From NCBI GenBank assembly GCA_963664405.1, contig OY761158.1, forward strand, positions 3,040,001-3,104,000: a stretch of DNA of 64,000 nt, written 5' to 3'. The position numbers and the translations under genes are program-made. Shown piece after piece: positions 27,994-37,739 of this stretch (positions are counted from its first letter, which is position 1; the number at the start of each line of letters is the position of its first letter). The notes beneath the pieces are model-generated. The model had not been told where the DNA came from, made no database searches, and saw only the letters and a list, made by a program, of their open reading frames with translations. Origin of the DNA: Thermoanaerobaculia bacterium (GTDB lineage: Bacteria; Acidobacteriota; Thermoanaerobaculia; Multivoradales; Multivoraceae).

Positions 27994-30900
27994 CTAGAAC
28001 TCCTTCCAGTTCTTCGGGACGATACACACCGGGATCTGGGCAATGGGGAGCTGCCCACGATTCGCCAGGCTCGCGCCCACGTTGAGATTGAAATTGGCGA
28101 AGCGGCAGTTCGCCGGCATCAAGCCCATCAGGCTCTGCCTCATCCCCTGGATCTCGGCGGTGCTGAACGGATCCTCCGTACCCTCTGGGGTCTGCACACT
28201 GAAGCTCTGGTCCGTCACTACAGCTCGCCCAGCCAGGCCCTCGATTCCGCCGAGGGTCCTTTCGCCCGTCAGGCGGAGGGCGTTGGCGTTCGTGGACAGG
28301 AGGGCGTAGAGGCTGCCATTGCCGGAGTATTCACAGAGCGGACCCACGACAGGCGTGAAGCTCGAGAAAGTCAGAAGCCCGGAGATGGCCAGAGCCTCGG
28401 TCGTGACCCGCTCATTGTCATCGAGCTGGAGCACCCAGCCGGGCTGGTTCAACCCCAAAGGCGCCTGGAGGAAGTTGCCGCTCGCTGCGTCCGCGGTCTT
28501 GGCGATCTGCTGAAACTGGGCCTCGGTCAAGGGCCCTAGGTCGAGGGGGGCAACGCCCTCGACAAAGCCCTGATCGAGGATCATGAAGAAGCGCCCCGCC
28601 TCAGGCGGATCCTCTTGCGACCACAGATCCTCTCGATCGCCGGTGCCGAAAGCCAGAGCATAGGTGCCATTCGCGGCCACGAAGGTCACCGTCGGAGCAA
28701 AGAAAATGGGGCGGTCTTCGGTGTCGAAGATCTTGAAGGGGGCCCATTGCGCGGCATCAACGATGCGCCCGGTGGCATCGTCCACATCGGCCGGCTGCGA
28801 GACGTTCACTTTGTACATGAAGCCGGCCGTCGTGCCAATGTAGATCGTGTCGATGAAGCCGTCCTGGTTGGTATCGACGGCGGCGGGCTCGCTGGCCGCG
28901 GCGCCGTCGAGGGCCCGCTTATAAAGGGCCTTGCCGGTTTCCACGTCGACAATGTAGAGAAAGTTGCCTACTAGGTTCGGGTTGGCCCTATCGAGACCGC
29001 CGCCGAAGATAGCCACGAACTTTACTACCGGATCCGTCTCACCCACGACGTTGACCAGCATGCGACCGCTGTTGGGCTTCGACCAGCTGAAGCCGAGATC
29101 CGGGAAACTATTGGCGTCGTCGTCGCACGGTAAGCCGCCAGCACACAGGTCGTCGAACTCCCACAGGACCGCCGGATACGGGAGCGAACCGCACCCTGAG
29201 GGCAGACTCGATTTAAAAGACGAGCAGCCGGGCACGTAACTGGTTCCCGCTTCCGGAACCCACTCGATGTCCGGCAACCCGGCCGGATTCGTTACGGCCA
29301 CCTTCTCCAGTGGATCGGGCTGGGTAAGATCCAGGGCGTAGTACCCACGTCCCCCCTCCCGGTAGCTGCCGATCGCCACGGCGCGCCACTCCCGCTCTGT
29401 GTCCACCGGCGTCCCGTCGTGGAACGGGTCAATGAAGAAGTCGTCGAGCAGGAGCGTCCCGTCCACGCCAGGGCCGTGCTCCATGGTGGTCATATCGGCG
29501 GTGTGTTGCAGCGAGGGGCGCGTGATGTGGGCGAATATCTCGTGGCCGGTGCCGCTGTCGAACTCGCCTTGGAGCTGCCCTCCCACCTCCGAACCGGTGA
29601 AGAAGCCGGCGTCGAAGCCGTGGATCTGGCCGTCGTTCGAGCCCGCGATCAGCACCTTGCGTCGCCGGCGGTGCTTCTCGAAGAAGCAGCGGTAGCCCCT
29701 GTTGGGATCGCTGGTGTCGTCGCACGCCTTGCCGTTGCCCTCCAGGTCGGCCGACAGATAGCGGAAGTTCCCGGGACCGCCCAGGAGGCTAGGCTCGGCA
29801 TGGAAGAAGTCACCGGCAACGTAGGTCAGGATTGGCTGGGGGCCGGGGATCGTGACCGTCTTCTTTTCCAGGGTGTCTCTGATCATTTGCTGAGCTAGCT
29901 GGCGAGCGGCATTCTCAGAGGTCGCGTTGCCCTGTATGAAAGTGAGTCCCAGCCCCTGCCAGAGGTCGTACTCATCCAGAAGGTCATCGCTGGCGGTGTA
30001 GTCGAAGGCGCGAATCTCGCGCGGCACCAGGCCTCCGCCCCCGTCCTTGGTGTAGGTGACCCTCCTCTCCGTGGGCTGAAGGCCGATCTGACGATCCGAG
30101 CTCGCATCCACAGGCGCCTGCGCGAGAAGTTTCTCGCCCGCCTGCCAAGCCAGGCAGGCAGTGTCGTCGGGGCCGGAGCACACCGCGCTCCGGTCCGGAA
30201 TCAGATTGCCATCGGCGTCTTCGACCAACGGGAGGGGCTGGACGAAGGAGTCTACGTTCCCCGGCCAGCGAGACTGGTCGGCGACCGGTACGAAACTCGC
30301 GAGATAGACGGAAGCGGGGGCGTCGGCCTGGGTCACCGGCACTGTGGCGCTCGAGAAGGACACTTCGGAGGTCTGGATGCCGCCGAAAATCTGGAGGTCG
30401 CCGATCGCGTTCTCGCTCTCGAGGCATACCCCAGCGGGGGCGATGTTGGTGAACTCACAGATGACGTGACTGCCCGTGCACAGGGAGAAGCTGTCGGTCA
30501 GCGGTCCCACACCCGAGATCTCCGCCCCCGTCCAAGGGGTAGCATCGCAGGCCACCTCAGCGAGGTCAGCGGGACAGGTGAGGTAGTCCAGACCCGGCCC
30601 GGCCGCGGCGGCGCAGCTTGGATTGATCGCCTTGCACTGCCAGCTCACGTCGTAGACAGGGTCGGCCTGGGCCGGGGTCTCGACGATGCTGTAGAGAGCG
30701 CCGCCGAACACCGGGTTGTCGGTGGCGATCATGTCGTTGAAAGTCACCCGGTCCGGGTAGGTCCAGGCGGCAGTGTTGTCGCAAGCGGGCAAGGGCGCGC
30801 CCGTCGGATCCGTCAGGGCCGGCGGCGGGCATTCGTTGCTGCCCCAGTCCTGGAGGCTGGTCAGCGCGGGGGTCGGGCCCTGGACCTCGAAGGTGAACTT

Positions 30901-32112
30901 GGGCCACGGGTTGTCGAGGTCGGTGTCCTTGATGATGGTCAGGGAAGCGAGAGTCTCGGGTGCGCCGCAGAGCTCGAAGGCCTCTTTGGAGGGCGAAGCG
31001 TGGGTGTTGTCGTCCCAGGACAGCAGCCACTGGTCAGGATCCACAGGCTCGCAGCCCGACACGTCCCAGCGCACCTCGTAGACCACCTGCCACTCCCAGA
31101 GGTGGATGGGGTCCCACCAGGTGGTGCCGTACCCCAGCTGCTGGCACGCGGCGTCACAGCCGGGCCCGACGAGGACATCGCCGGCACCGGTGAAGGGAGA
31201 CTTCCAGGTTCGCTCCCCGGTCCGCTCCTCGGTGCCGTCGAGGTCGTTGTCCGCGATGTTCCAGTCGCTGAAGGTGATGTTCCAGACCGACGAGGTGGCG
31301 GCAGCGTATCCGGGCGGAGGGGTGCCTGACAGGATGGGCTGGATCCAATCCTGATCGAGATTATCCGCCCCTCCTCCGCTCGACCCCTCCGAAGGCTCGA
31401 TCAGGTCGACCTCCAGAGGCAGGAGCGAAATGCCGGGGTTTCCCGCACATTCGAAATTCGTCACCGCCTTGTCGCTGAAGCGCAACTCACGGTGGCTGTG
31501 CGTCCTTCCCCACCCAACGCTCTCGGTGTATGCCACATCTTCAGGCGGATTCCTTCCAGCCGCGAACACGTTGTCGGTGTAGCAGCCGCTCAAGACCACT
31601 GCCATGTAGTAGAACTGCCCGTCGGTGCAGCCGATGTCGCCGGCATCGCAGAAGAGACCCGTGAGCGGGTCGTAGCTCGTCGTGAAGGGATCCAGGTACT
31701 CGTAGACCCGGCCGATGACGTCGTCCCTGGTTTCTATGCACACGTCAGTCCCAGAAACACATACGCTCGGATCCAGGGGATCGAACAGGTCGCACACGAA
31801 CTGGGTGGCGGCGCAACCCTGTACTGTGACGACCTCTCGCAGGTCGTAACGCTCGAAATCGCGCCCCTGCTTACCGGCACAGTTCGCGACGAAGCTCTGT
31901 TTCTCGGGAGTTAGGGTGCTGAAGAAGCTGTTGAGAGGATCGGTGGCGTGCTCGTCGAGGAGATCTTGATAGACGTCCCCGACATCGCCAGCAAACACGC
32001 CGTCCACACAGGGTGTGGGGTCCTGCGCCAGGAGGGGCGCCGGGAGCAGCCAGCAGACCGCCAGGGTACCGACCATGGCTATGCCAAAAGGAACCGAACG
32101 TGATGACATCAT
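27994..32112 (-). CDS. PilY1/PilC-like type IV pilus-associated adhesin with a long Cys-rich N-terminal region
   Basis: Signal peptide; 'GDFFHAEP', 'AGSNDGQIHGFDAG', 'REGGRGYYALDLTQP', 'LGFSWSKP', Ca-binding loop 'DTNQDGFID'. Confidence 0.85.
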   Translation of the reverse strand: MMSSRSVPFGIAMVGTLAVCWLLPAPLLAQDPTPCVDGVFAGDVGDVYQDLLDEHATDPLNSFFSTLTPEKQSFVANCAGKQGRDFERYDLREVVTVQGCAATQFVCDLFDPLDPSVCVSGTDVCIETRDDVIGRVYEYLDPFTTSYDPLTGLFCDAGDIGCTDGQFYYMAVVLSGCYTDNVFAAGRNPPEDVAYTESVGWGRTHSHRELRFSDKAVTNFECAGNPGISLLPLEVDLIEPSEGSSGGGADNLDQDWIQPILSGTPPPGYAAATSSVWNITFSDWNIADNDLDGTEERTGERTWKSPFTGAGDVLVGPGCDAACQQLGYGTTWWDPIHLWEWQVVYEVRWDVSGCEPVDPDQWLLSWDDNTHASPSKEAFELCGAPETLASLTIIKDTDLDNPWPKFTFEVQGPTPALTSLQDWGSNECPPPALTDPTGAPLPACDNTAAWTYPDRVTFNDMIATDNPVFGGALYSIVETPAQADPVYDVSWQCKAINPSCAAAAGPGLDYLTCPADLAEVACDATPWTGAEISGVGPLTDSFSLCTGSHVICEFTNIAPAGVCLESENAIGDLQIFGGIQTSEVSFSSATVPVTQADAPASVYLASFVPVADQSRWPGNVDSFVQPLPLVEDADGNLIPDRSAVCSGPDDTACLAWQAGEKLLAQAPVDASSDRQIGLQPTERRVTYTKDGGGGLVPREIRAFDYTASDDLLDEYDLWQGLGLTFIQGNATSENAARQLAQQMIRDTLEKKTVTIPGPQPILTYVAGDFFHAEPSLLGGPGNFRYLSADLEGNGKACDDTSDPNRGYRCFFEKHRRRRKVLIAGSNDGQIHGFDAGFFTGSEVGGQLQGEFDSGTGHEIFAHITRPSLQHTADMTTMEHGPGVDGTLLLDDFFIDPFHDGTPVDTEREWRAVAIGSYREGGRGYYALDLTQPDPLEKVAVTNPAGLPDIEWVPEAGTSYVPGCSSFKSSLPSGCGSLPYPAVLWEFDDLCAGGLPCDDDANSFPDLGFSWSKPNSGRMLVNVVGETDPVVKFVAIFGGGLDRANPNLVGNFLYIVDVETGKALYKRALDGAAASEPAAVDTNQDGFIDTIYIGTTAGFMYKVNVSQPADVDDATGRIVDAAQWAPFKIFDTEDRPIFFAPTVTFVAANGTYALAFGTGDREDLWSQEDPPEAGRFFMILDQGFVEGVAPLDLGPLTEAQFQQIAKTADAASGNFLQAPLGLNQPGWVLQLDDNERVTTEALAISGLLTFSSFTPVVGPLCEYSGNGSLYALLSTNANALRLTGERTLGGIEGLAGRAVVTDQSFSVQTPEGTEDPFSTAEIQGMRQSLMGLMPANCRFANFNLNVGASLANRGQLPIAQIPVCIVPKNWKEF

Positions 32113-32228
32113 TCCACTCTCCAAGCAACGTTATGGAAAACCGGCTCCCGAACGTAAGGGTGAAAGTCCGCCGCGATGGCCAGCTCCACCCGAAGATTGC
32201 GATTCCGTGGCTGGTCCCGAAAACACGT

Positions 32229-32264
32229 TCATTTGTGTGCTCGGTGTCATTTGTGTGCTCGGTG
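32229..32264. repeat. Tandem 18-bp direct repeat upstream of the PilY1-like gene
   Basis: (TCATTTGTGTGCTCGGTG)x2. Confidence 0.9.
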
Positions 32265-32439
32265 TTTACCTGGATGCACGGTCTGTGCCAGTGGCCTCTC
32301 CCCCCATTACACACTGAGGCCCCGCAGCACTTTTCGGTGGGTCGAACGCGTTAGCACTGGCGAAGGGTCCTCTTCTTGTCACGAAAGTTGTTACCATTCG
32401 ACACATCATTGACAAATGTAAATACCTCTCCCGAGACGG

Positions 32440-32520
32440 CCATCGTACGGCTCAATTGGCGGCTAGTCCAGGCTCCGATGAGGCTGGTCGACCACGTTGT
32501 TGCGCACGAGTTGTGCATCT
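32440..32520 (+). pseudogene. YgjP/M48-like zinc metallopeptidase fragment
   Basis: 'IVRLNWRLVQAPMRLVDHVVAHELC', cut at the HExxH motif by the next element. Confidence 0.6.
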
Positions 32521-32522
32521 CC

Positions 32523-33148
32523 TGTCCCTCCTCAGAATGCATCCGCTCGAAGATTCAACGACTTAGGGCACTACTGTTCCGACGCGGGGGGTCAGCTCTT
32601 GCAGCTGACGGCAGATTCGGTCAACCTGAGAGGCTATGCTCCGGCTCCTCTTCCTGCTCATCACTCTCGTTATCAAAGCGCTTCAAGTGGCTCTTCGGTC
32701 GCGGTCCTCGCTCGTTCTCGAGAACATCGCCTTGAAACAGCAGGTCGAGGCGCTGAAGCGGAAGCGACCTCGCCCGCAACTCGACGACGCCGACCGTGCT
32801 TTCTGGGTGGCAATGAGAAGCGCGTGGAGTGGCTGGGCCGAACGCCTAGTCATTGTGAAGCCGGAGACCGTTGTGAAGTGGCATCGCGACCGTTCTCGGC
32901 TGTGCCTGCTCAAAACCCGTCCGCCTTTGGAATGATTGGACCTAGCGCATTTCCGTAGTCCTTTCGCCTGCCGATGTCAAAGTTGGCCAGGCGCGTTCGC
33001 GACGCGCTCTCCCCAGGGGACACAAGGCCCCATCGGGGAGGTAGCGCTTCTCTCGAACCGCGACGGAGGACGACCCAGCTAGCCGCAGGACCGTTCTCAG
33101 CCGTAAGTTGTTTGAATCTTCGGAACGGATGCATTCTGAGGAGGGACA
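32523..33148 (+). mobile_element. Internally deleted IS (integrase-core type), non-autonomous, 626 bp
   Basis: TGT...ACA ends with a 23-bp perfect IR TGTCCCTCCTCAGAATGCATCCG that extends imperfectly to about 43 bp; ORF at 32636 'ENIALKQQVEALKRKRPRPQL...IVKPETVVKWHR' lacks the DDE core. Confidence 0.85.
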
Positions 33149-33975
33149 GGCGAACAGCGGCACCGTGCCTACTACCTCGTCGGTGCCGGCGTTCGCCGAA
33201 GCCGCCTTGGTCGAGAGGAAGTCTGCCTCGGTTAGAACCCCACCGTCGCGCAGGCCGTCTGGAGGTGTTTCGACGATGTCGACGAAGCCGGTATCCAGGA
33301 TCATGTAGAACCTGCCTTCTTCGCCGGCTAGGGCCTCGGACCACATGTCTTCGCGGTCGCCGCTGCCGAAGGCCAGCGCGTAGCCCCCGGAGTTGGCGTC
33401 GAAGACAACCGTCGGCGGGAAGAAGAGATCGCGCCCGCCGGTATCGAAGATCTTGAAGGGCTTCCATTCGTCGAGATCGTCGATCAGCCCGGTCGACGTG
33501 TTGAGGACGGCCGCTTCGAATAGGTTGACCTTGTACATGAATCCACCACCGGCACCGGCGGTGCCGATATAGATGGTGTCGATGATCCCGTCAAGGTTGG
33601 TGTCGACGGCCGCGGGCTGGCTGGGTGCGGCCCCCGACAACGCCCGCTTGTAGATCACCTTGCCGGTCTCAATGTCGAGGATGTAGAGGTTGGTGCCCTT
33701 GCTTGCGTCGTCGGGATCGATGCCGCCGCCGAAGATGGCGACGAATCGGATCTCGGGGGACTCCACCTCCGTCGGGGTCGACCCGAATGCGCCCGGTGTT
33801 GGGTTTGGACCAGCTGAAGCCCAGATTGGGATCGTCGAGCTCGTCGAGCTCCCACAGTACGGTGCCGTAGGCGATGCTGCAGTTCCCCGGCAGCGACGAG
33901 TGGAGGGCGCTGCAGCCCGGAACGCCGTCAACCGCACCGCTCTCGTCGGATATGTAATCGAGTTGGGTCAGCCCC
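33149..33975 (-). pseudogene. Internal fragment of a second PilY1-like beta-propeller gene, frameshifted
   Basis: 'LGFSWSKPNTGR', 'FVAIFGGG', 'PAAVDTNLDGIIDTIYIGT', 'LAFGSGDREDMWS' align with the intact gene. Confidence 0.88.
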
Positions 33976-34284
33976 CCTTGTGCCTGTATCGGAGTCGTAC
34001 TCGCCCTCTGCCACTGGCAAAACACAGGCCACCGTGGATGCCCGGTTCAGGGGGCTCCTGAGACCTTGACAATCAGCTGCTAATACAAGCACTGCGCAGC
34101 CTACTGCGCAGCTACTGCGCAGGGATGTTTGGTATAGAAATAGTTACTATTGGTAATATTCTTGCCATGCATGCCGACGGGCGGCAGCTGAGGGAGGAGA
34201 GATCTCTCTACCCCCGAGATCGACGGAATGCTAGTCTCCCGCGCGCGGGTTTCGAGTTGAGCGAGGAAATCCAGAGAGGAACCA

Positions 34285-34686
34285 ATGACGTCGAAGAGAT
34301 CTTCCATGATCATCGTCGCGATCGTCGGTCTCGGATCCATGCAGCTGGTTTCTGCGGTCGCAGAGGAGGCGGTCGATTTCGAGGGCGATGTTTGGCCGAT
34401 CCTCGAAAAGCACTGTGTTTCGTGCCACGGCCCCGAGGACGAGTTCAATGATCTCCGCTTCGACTCCAAGGAGGCGATTCTCAAAGGCGGCAAGAGCGGC
34501 GAGGTGCTGGTACCGGGAGAGCCGGAAAAGAGCTCGATGTATGTGCGTCCGAGTCTCCCCGCCGACGACTTCGACATCATGCCCGCAGAGGGAGATCCCC
34601 TGACCAAGGAACAGGTCGAGATCCTACGGCGGTGGATCGCGGCAGGCGCAGATTTCGGGTCCTGGACGGGCTCGAGCGCCGGCTAG
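34285..34686 (+). CDS. Planctomycete-type cytochrome c domain protein
   Basis: Signal peptide; 'VDFEGDVWPILEKHCVSCHG', 'IMPAEG', 'ILRRWIAAGA'. Confidence 0.88.
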   Translation: MTSKRSSMIIVAIVGLGSMQLVSAVAEEAVDFEGDVWPILEKHCVSCHGPEDEFNDLRFDSKEAILKGGKSGEVLVPGEPEKSSMYVRPSLPADDFDIMPAEGDPLTKEQVEILRRWIAAGADFGSWTGSSAG

Positions 34687-34734
34687 AGACGGGCGCTGGG
34701 TGTAGGGTCGACCGACAGACACGGAGGTAGGGAC

Positions 34735-35931
34735 ATGAGTGGATCCGCAGGCTCTCATGGTGTCGGTATTCTGAGCGACGAGCGAAGGATGCTACAAGAG
34801 ATGGCTCGGGAGTTCACCCTGAAAGAAGTGCTTCCGGTGGCCAACGAGCTCGACCCGGTCAAGGGTGATATTCCGCAGTCTCTGATCGAGAAGCTCGGAG
34901 ACATGGGTTACTTCGGAATCGTCATCCCGGAGGAGTATGGCGGGGCCGGACTCGGCGTCTTCGAGTACTGCCTGATCACCGAGCAATTGGCGCAGGGCTG
35001 GATGAGTGTGGCAAGTCTCATTGCCCGCGGCAATGGCTTCTACCGCTCCATCCCTGGCAGCGGAGAAGAGCGCACCAAGAAGATCGAGGCGATGGCTCGG
35101 GGCGAGTATCTCGGCGCGTTGGCCATGTCCGAGCCCGAGGTCGGATCGGATATCGCTTCGATCAAGACTCGGGCTCGTCGCGAGGGAGACGAGTGGGTGA
35201 TCAACGGCTCCAAGTATTGGTGCACCTTTGCCGACGGCGCTGATTTCATCCAGGTGATGGCGCGCAGCGAGGATCCTACGGACGACAAGCGCCGGCACGT
35301 AGGGCTGACGTCGATCGCGGTGGAGAAGCCCAAAGGGGAGCTACCCAAGGGTGTCACCGGTAGCCCGATCCCCAAGATCGGTTACTTCGGCTGGAAGACA
35401 TGGGAGCTGCACTTCGACAATGTGCGTGCGCCGGTGCAGGAGAGGCGGAGCGAGAACGAGGGCCGTGCCTTCTACGGTATGGCGCGAGGGCTCGAGTCGG
35501 CCCGAGCCCACACCGCCGCCCGATCGATCGGCCTGGCGCAGGGCGCGCTGGAGACGGCGATTGACTACTCTCTGGAGCGCATCCAGTTCCAGCGACCGAT
35601 CGCCGACTTCCAAGCCATCCGCTTCAAGATCGCAACGATGGCGACCGAGGTAGAGGCGGCGCGCCAGCTCCTCTATTCGGTCTGCGCCGGCATCGACTCC
35701 GGCGAGAGCCGAGCCAAGGAGGCGGCGATGGTCAAGTACTTCGCCGCCGAGATGTCCGAGCGAGTCACCAGCGAGGCGCTGCAGGTACTCGGCGGCGCCG
35801 GCTACACGACCCTCTACCCGGTGGAGCGCTTCTGGCGCGATGCCCGGCTCACCAAGGTCTTCGAGGGCACGTCAGAGATCATGCAGCGAATCATCTCCGA
35901 CGCCATCCTCGGCAAACCTTCGCGGCGCTGA
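34735..35931 (+). CDS. Acyl-CoA dehydrogenase
   Basis: 'AMSEPEVGSD', 'INGSKYW', 'RIQFQRPIADFQ', 'RDARLTKVFEGTSEI'. Confidence 0.95.
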   Translation: MSGSAGSHGVGILSDERRMLQEMAREFTLKEVLPVANELDPVKGDIPQSLIEKLGDMGYFGIVIPEEYGGAGLGVFEYCLITEQLAQGWMSVASLIARGNGFYRSIPGSGEERTKKIEAMARGEYLGALAMSEPEVGSDIASIKTRARREGDEWVINGSKYWCTFADGADFIQVMARSEDPTDDKRRHVGLTSIAVEKPKGELPKGVTGSPIPKIGYFGWKTWELHFDNVRAPVQERRSENEGRAFYGMARGLESARAHTAARSIGLAQGALETAIDYSLERIQFQRPIADFQAIRFKIATMATEVEAARQLLYSVCAGIDSGESRAKEAAMVKYFAAEMSERVTSEALQVLGGAGYTTLYPVERFWRDARLTKVFEGTSEIMQRIISDAILGKPSRR

Positions 35932-36029
35932 ACGTTGTCGCGCGCGCCGTGAGCTTGTGTCGTCGCTGGGGCGTCTCGAGCGGGTGCCGGGTCGCCGCTG
36001 GGGCCTCTCAGGGTGAGGCGTCGGCGCGA

Positions 36030-36212
36030 GGCGGGCCGGAGGCGAGCGGAGTGTCCCTCCGCGGGAACGGCGGCCGCTCCTGAGAGTGCGCTGGTCGATC
36101 ATGCGGCCGCCTCGGCTTCCGCTCGCTTCGATCGTTCCCCCTTCGCCAACGTTGGTGCGGCGCTCGCTCCAGACGCCCCGCCAAGGGGCACTCCGCCCGC
36201 CTCCTCTCCGTC
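36030..36212. repeat. MITE/REPIN-like element, copy 1 (degenerate)
   Basis: Shares 'CGGGAACGGCGGCCGCTCCTGAGAGTGCG', 'TTCCGCTCGCTTCGATCG' and 'CGCTCGCTCCAGACGCCCCGCC' with 38728-38931 in the opposite orientation. Confidence 0.85.
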
Positions 36213-36224
36213 GCTGCCTCAACC

Positions 36225-36441
36225 TCACCTGAGCTGATGAAGCGCATGGAAAAGCGTTGTGCCTCTGTCTTCAAAGTACGCAGGCTCATAGCCTGCGTAC
36301 TTTGTGAGGCTTGCCTGGGGATCCGTAATCCACCATGAGAACACGCTTGCCTTGTTGGGCAAGGGCGTGGGCAAGATTAATCGTCGTCGTTGTCTTACCG
36401 GCCCCTCCTTTCTGGTTGACGATGGCGATGGTGGTGGTCAT
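36225..36441 (-). pseudogene. ParA/Soj ATPase N-terminal fragment
   Basis: '[38 protein letters not shown]', frameshift, 'DPQASLT'. Confidence 0.85.
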
Positions 36442-36474
36442 ACGGGTTCAGTATGGGGAAGTCCCCGACGAGTA

Positions 36475-36654
36475 CTACTCGTCGGCCTTATTAACCTCCC
36501 AACCCTCTTTGAGCATGCGCGCCTCCTGTCTAGTAGGCTCGACCACGACTCTTGGCAGCGGATGCAACCGGTCGAATATTTCATCGGCGAGCTCAAGGCG
36601 CTCCGCTAGTGGGAGCTCGAGGAGGGCCTTCCGAACGTCTTCCTTGTCTGTCAT
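36475..36654 (-). CDS. Orphan addiction-module antitoxin-like protein (59 aa)
   Basis: 'MTDKEDVRKALLELPLAERLELADEIFDRL'; preceded by TTGACA-N16-TAGGCT. Confidence 0.6.
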   Translation of the reverse strand: MTDKEDVRKALLELPLAERLELADEIFDRLHPLPRVVVEPTRQEARMLKEGWEVNKADE

Positions 36655-36723
36655 AACTTCAGCCTAGGCGCGGTGGGTCATGTGTCAAGGACGCGTGCAA
36701 CCGCGTTGTCGAGCCGAGCAGTG

Positions 36724-37014
36724 TTAGACGCTCTTGCGCCAATGGTCAGGGTCGCGGTGGCCATGTAGGAAGGCAACGACGAGGAGCTCGTCGTCTTTGA
36801 TTCTGTAGACGACGTTGTAGGGGAAATCTCGAAGCACGGCCAGACGCGCCGTGCCTTCTCGTATCTGCACGCTCTCCGGAAAGAGCTCGATGTTTGCCAG
36901 CGTTTGCTCAAGGGACCGACGGAGGCGATCGCCATATCCGTGGCGTTGCGCCTCGACGTACTCGATAGCTACGGCCACCTCTTCGAGGACGCCGGGACTC
37001 CAGACCGTTTTCAT
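36724..37014 (-). CDS. RelE/ParE-family toxin
   Basis: 96 aa; 'RLAVLRDFPYNVVYRI...VVAFLHGHRDPDHW'; ATGA overlap with the antitoxin. Confidence 0.9.
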   Translation of the reverse strand: MKTVWSPGVLEEVAVAIEYVEAQRHGYGDRLRRSLEQTLANIELFPESVQIREGTARLAVLRDFPYNVVYRIKDDELLVVAFLHGHRDPDHWRKSV

Positions 37015-37232
37015 GCACCGCGAGACAAGCGCTCGTCAAGGCCCGCGTCGAACTCTTCCTGTGAGAGAGACGACGAGTGGTCTCTATCGTGCTGTTGGAT
37101 TCGCGTATGGATAAGCTCTTGCTGTGCCTGGGTCAGGTTCGGTAGCGTGCTTTCGATAAGCCGAACGCCGAGCTCACGACGCTCCGGCTCGGGGAGCTTG
37201 AAGGCTTGCTTCTCGATCTCTGTCTTGGTCAT
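37011..37232 (-). CDS. Addiction-module antitoxin
   Basis: 73 aa; 'AFKLPEPERRELGVRLIESTL'; directly upstream of the toxin. Confidence 0.82.
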   Translation of the reverse strand: MTKTEIEKQAFKLPEPERRELGVRLIESTLPNLTQAQQELIHTRIQQHDRDHSSSLSQEEFDAGLDERLSRGA

Positions 37233-37241
37233 ACGTTCTTC

Positions 37242-37269
37242 AGAATAGACCCTCTGGGGAGGGTGTCAA
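37242..37269 (-). promoter_or_regulatory. TA operon promoter with palindromic operator
   Basis: TTGACA-N16-TATTCT, 9 nt before the ATG; ACCCTC-N4-GAGGGT palindrome spanning the spacer. Confidence 0.6.
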
Positions 37270-37337
37270 GCGACGCAGTGTCCTCACAGCTGAACCTGAA
37301 GCATCGACGGCCTTCGAGGGAGGAGTAGGATATCGGG

Positions 37338-37703
37338 GTGCAGAGGAAGCACCTCCACCTCCAGCTCATTCAGCAAGTCATCGAGAGAATGGCTCGTTGT
37401 TCTTTCCAGGTCTGAGCCTGGAGTGTCGTTCTGGTCTCAGCCCTGTTCGCACTGGCCACAAGTAGAGGGGGCGATGCACCCGACCAGCAGTTCATCCTCT
37501 TGGCCTTCTTTCCCGCTCTCGTCTTTTGGGGTCTAGACACCTTCTATCTCTCTGAAGAGCGCCAATTTCGAGATCACTACGACGAGGTTCGGAAGCGAGA
37601 AGAAGAGGAAATCGACTTCTCAATGGACAAGCGCGCCTATAACAAGGGGCGCAACACGTGGCTGACTACGAGCTACTCAAAGACGTCACGGTTGTATGCC
37701 TGA
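37338..37703 (+). pseudogene. Transmembrane protein (TIR-associated type), internal stop, truncated
   Basis: 'HLQLIQQVIERMARCSFQV*AWSVVLVSALFAL...FWGLDTFYLSEERQFRDHYDEVR...IDFSM'; TGA at 37413. Confidence 0.65.
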
Positions 37704-37739
37704 CTTACGGATGTTCCGGAAGGAAGTGGATCAATTACG

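Noticed and set aside
27994-33975. PilY1 paralog pair as a DGR template and variable repeat
   Set aside because: Differences include indels and all base types rather than adenine-specific changes
36650-36730. attC-like site (GTCTAAC...GTTATGA) after the toxin, and GTTAGGT near 38645
   Set aside because: The inner L boxes pair poorly, there is no integron integrase, and the first region is better explained as a promoter
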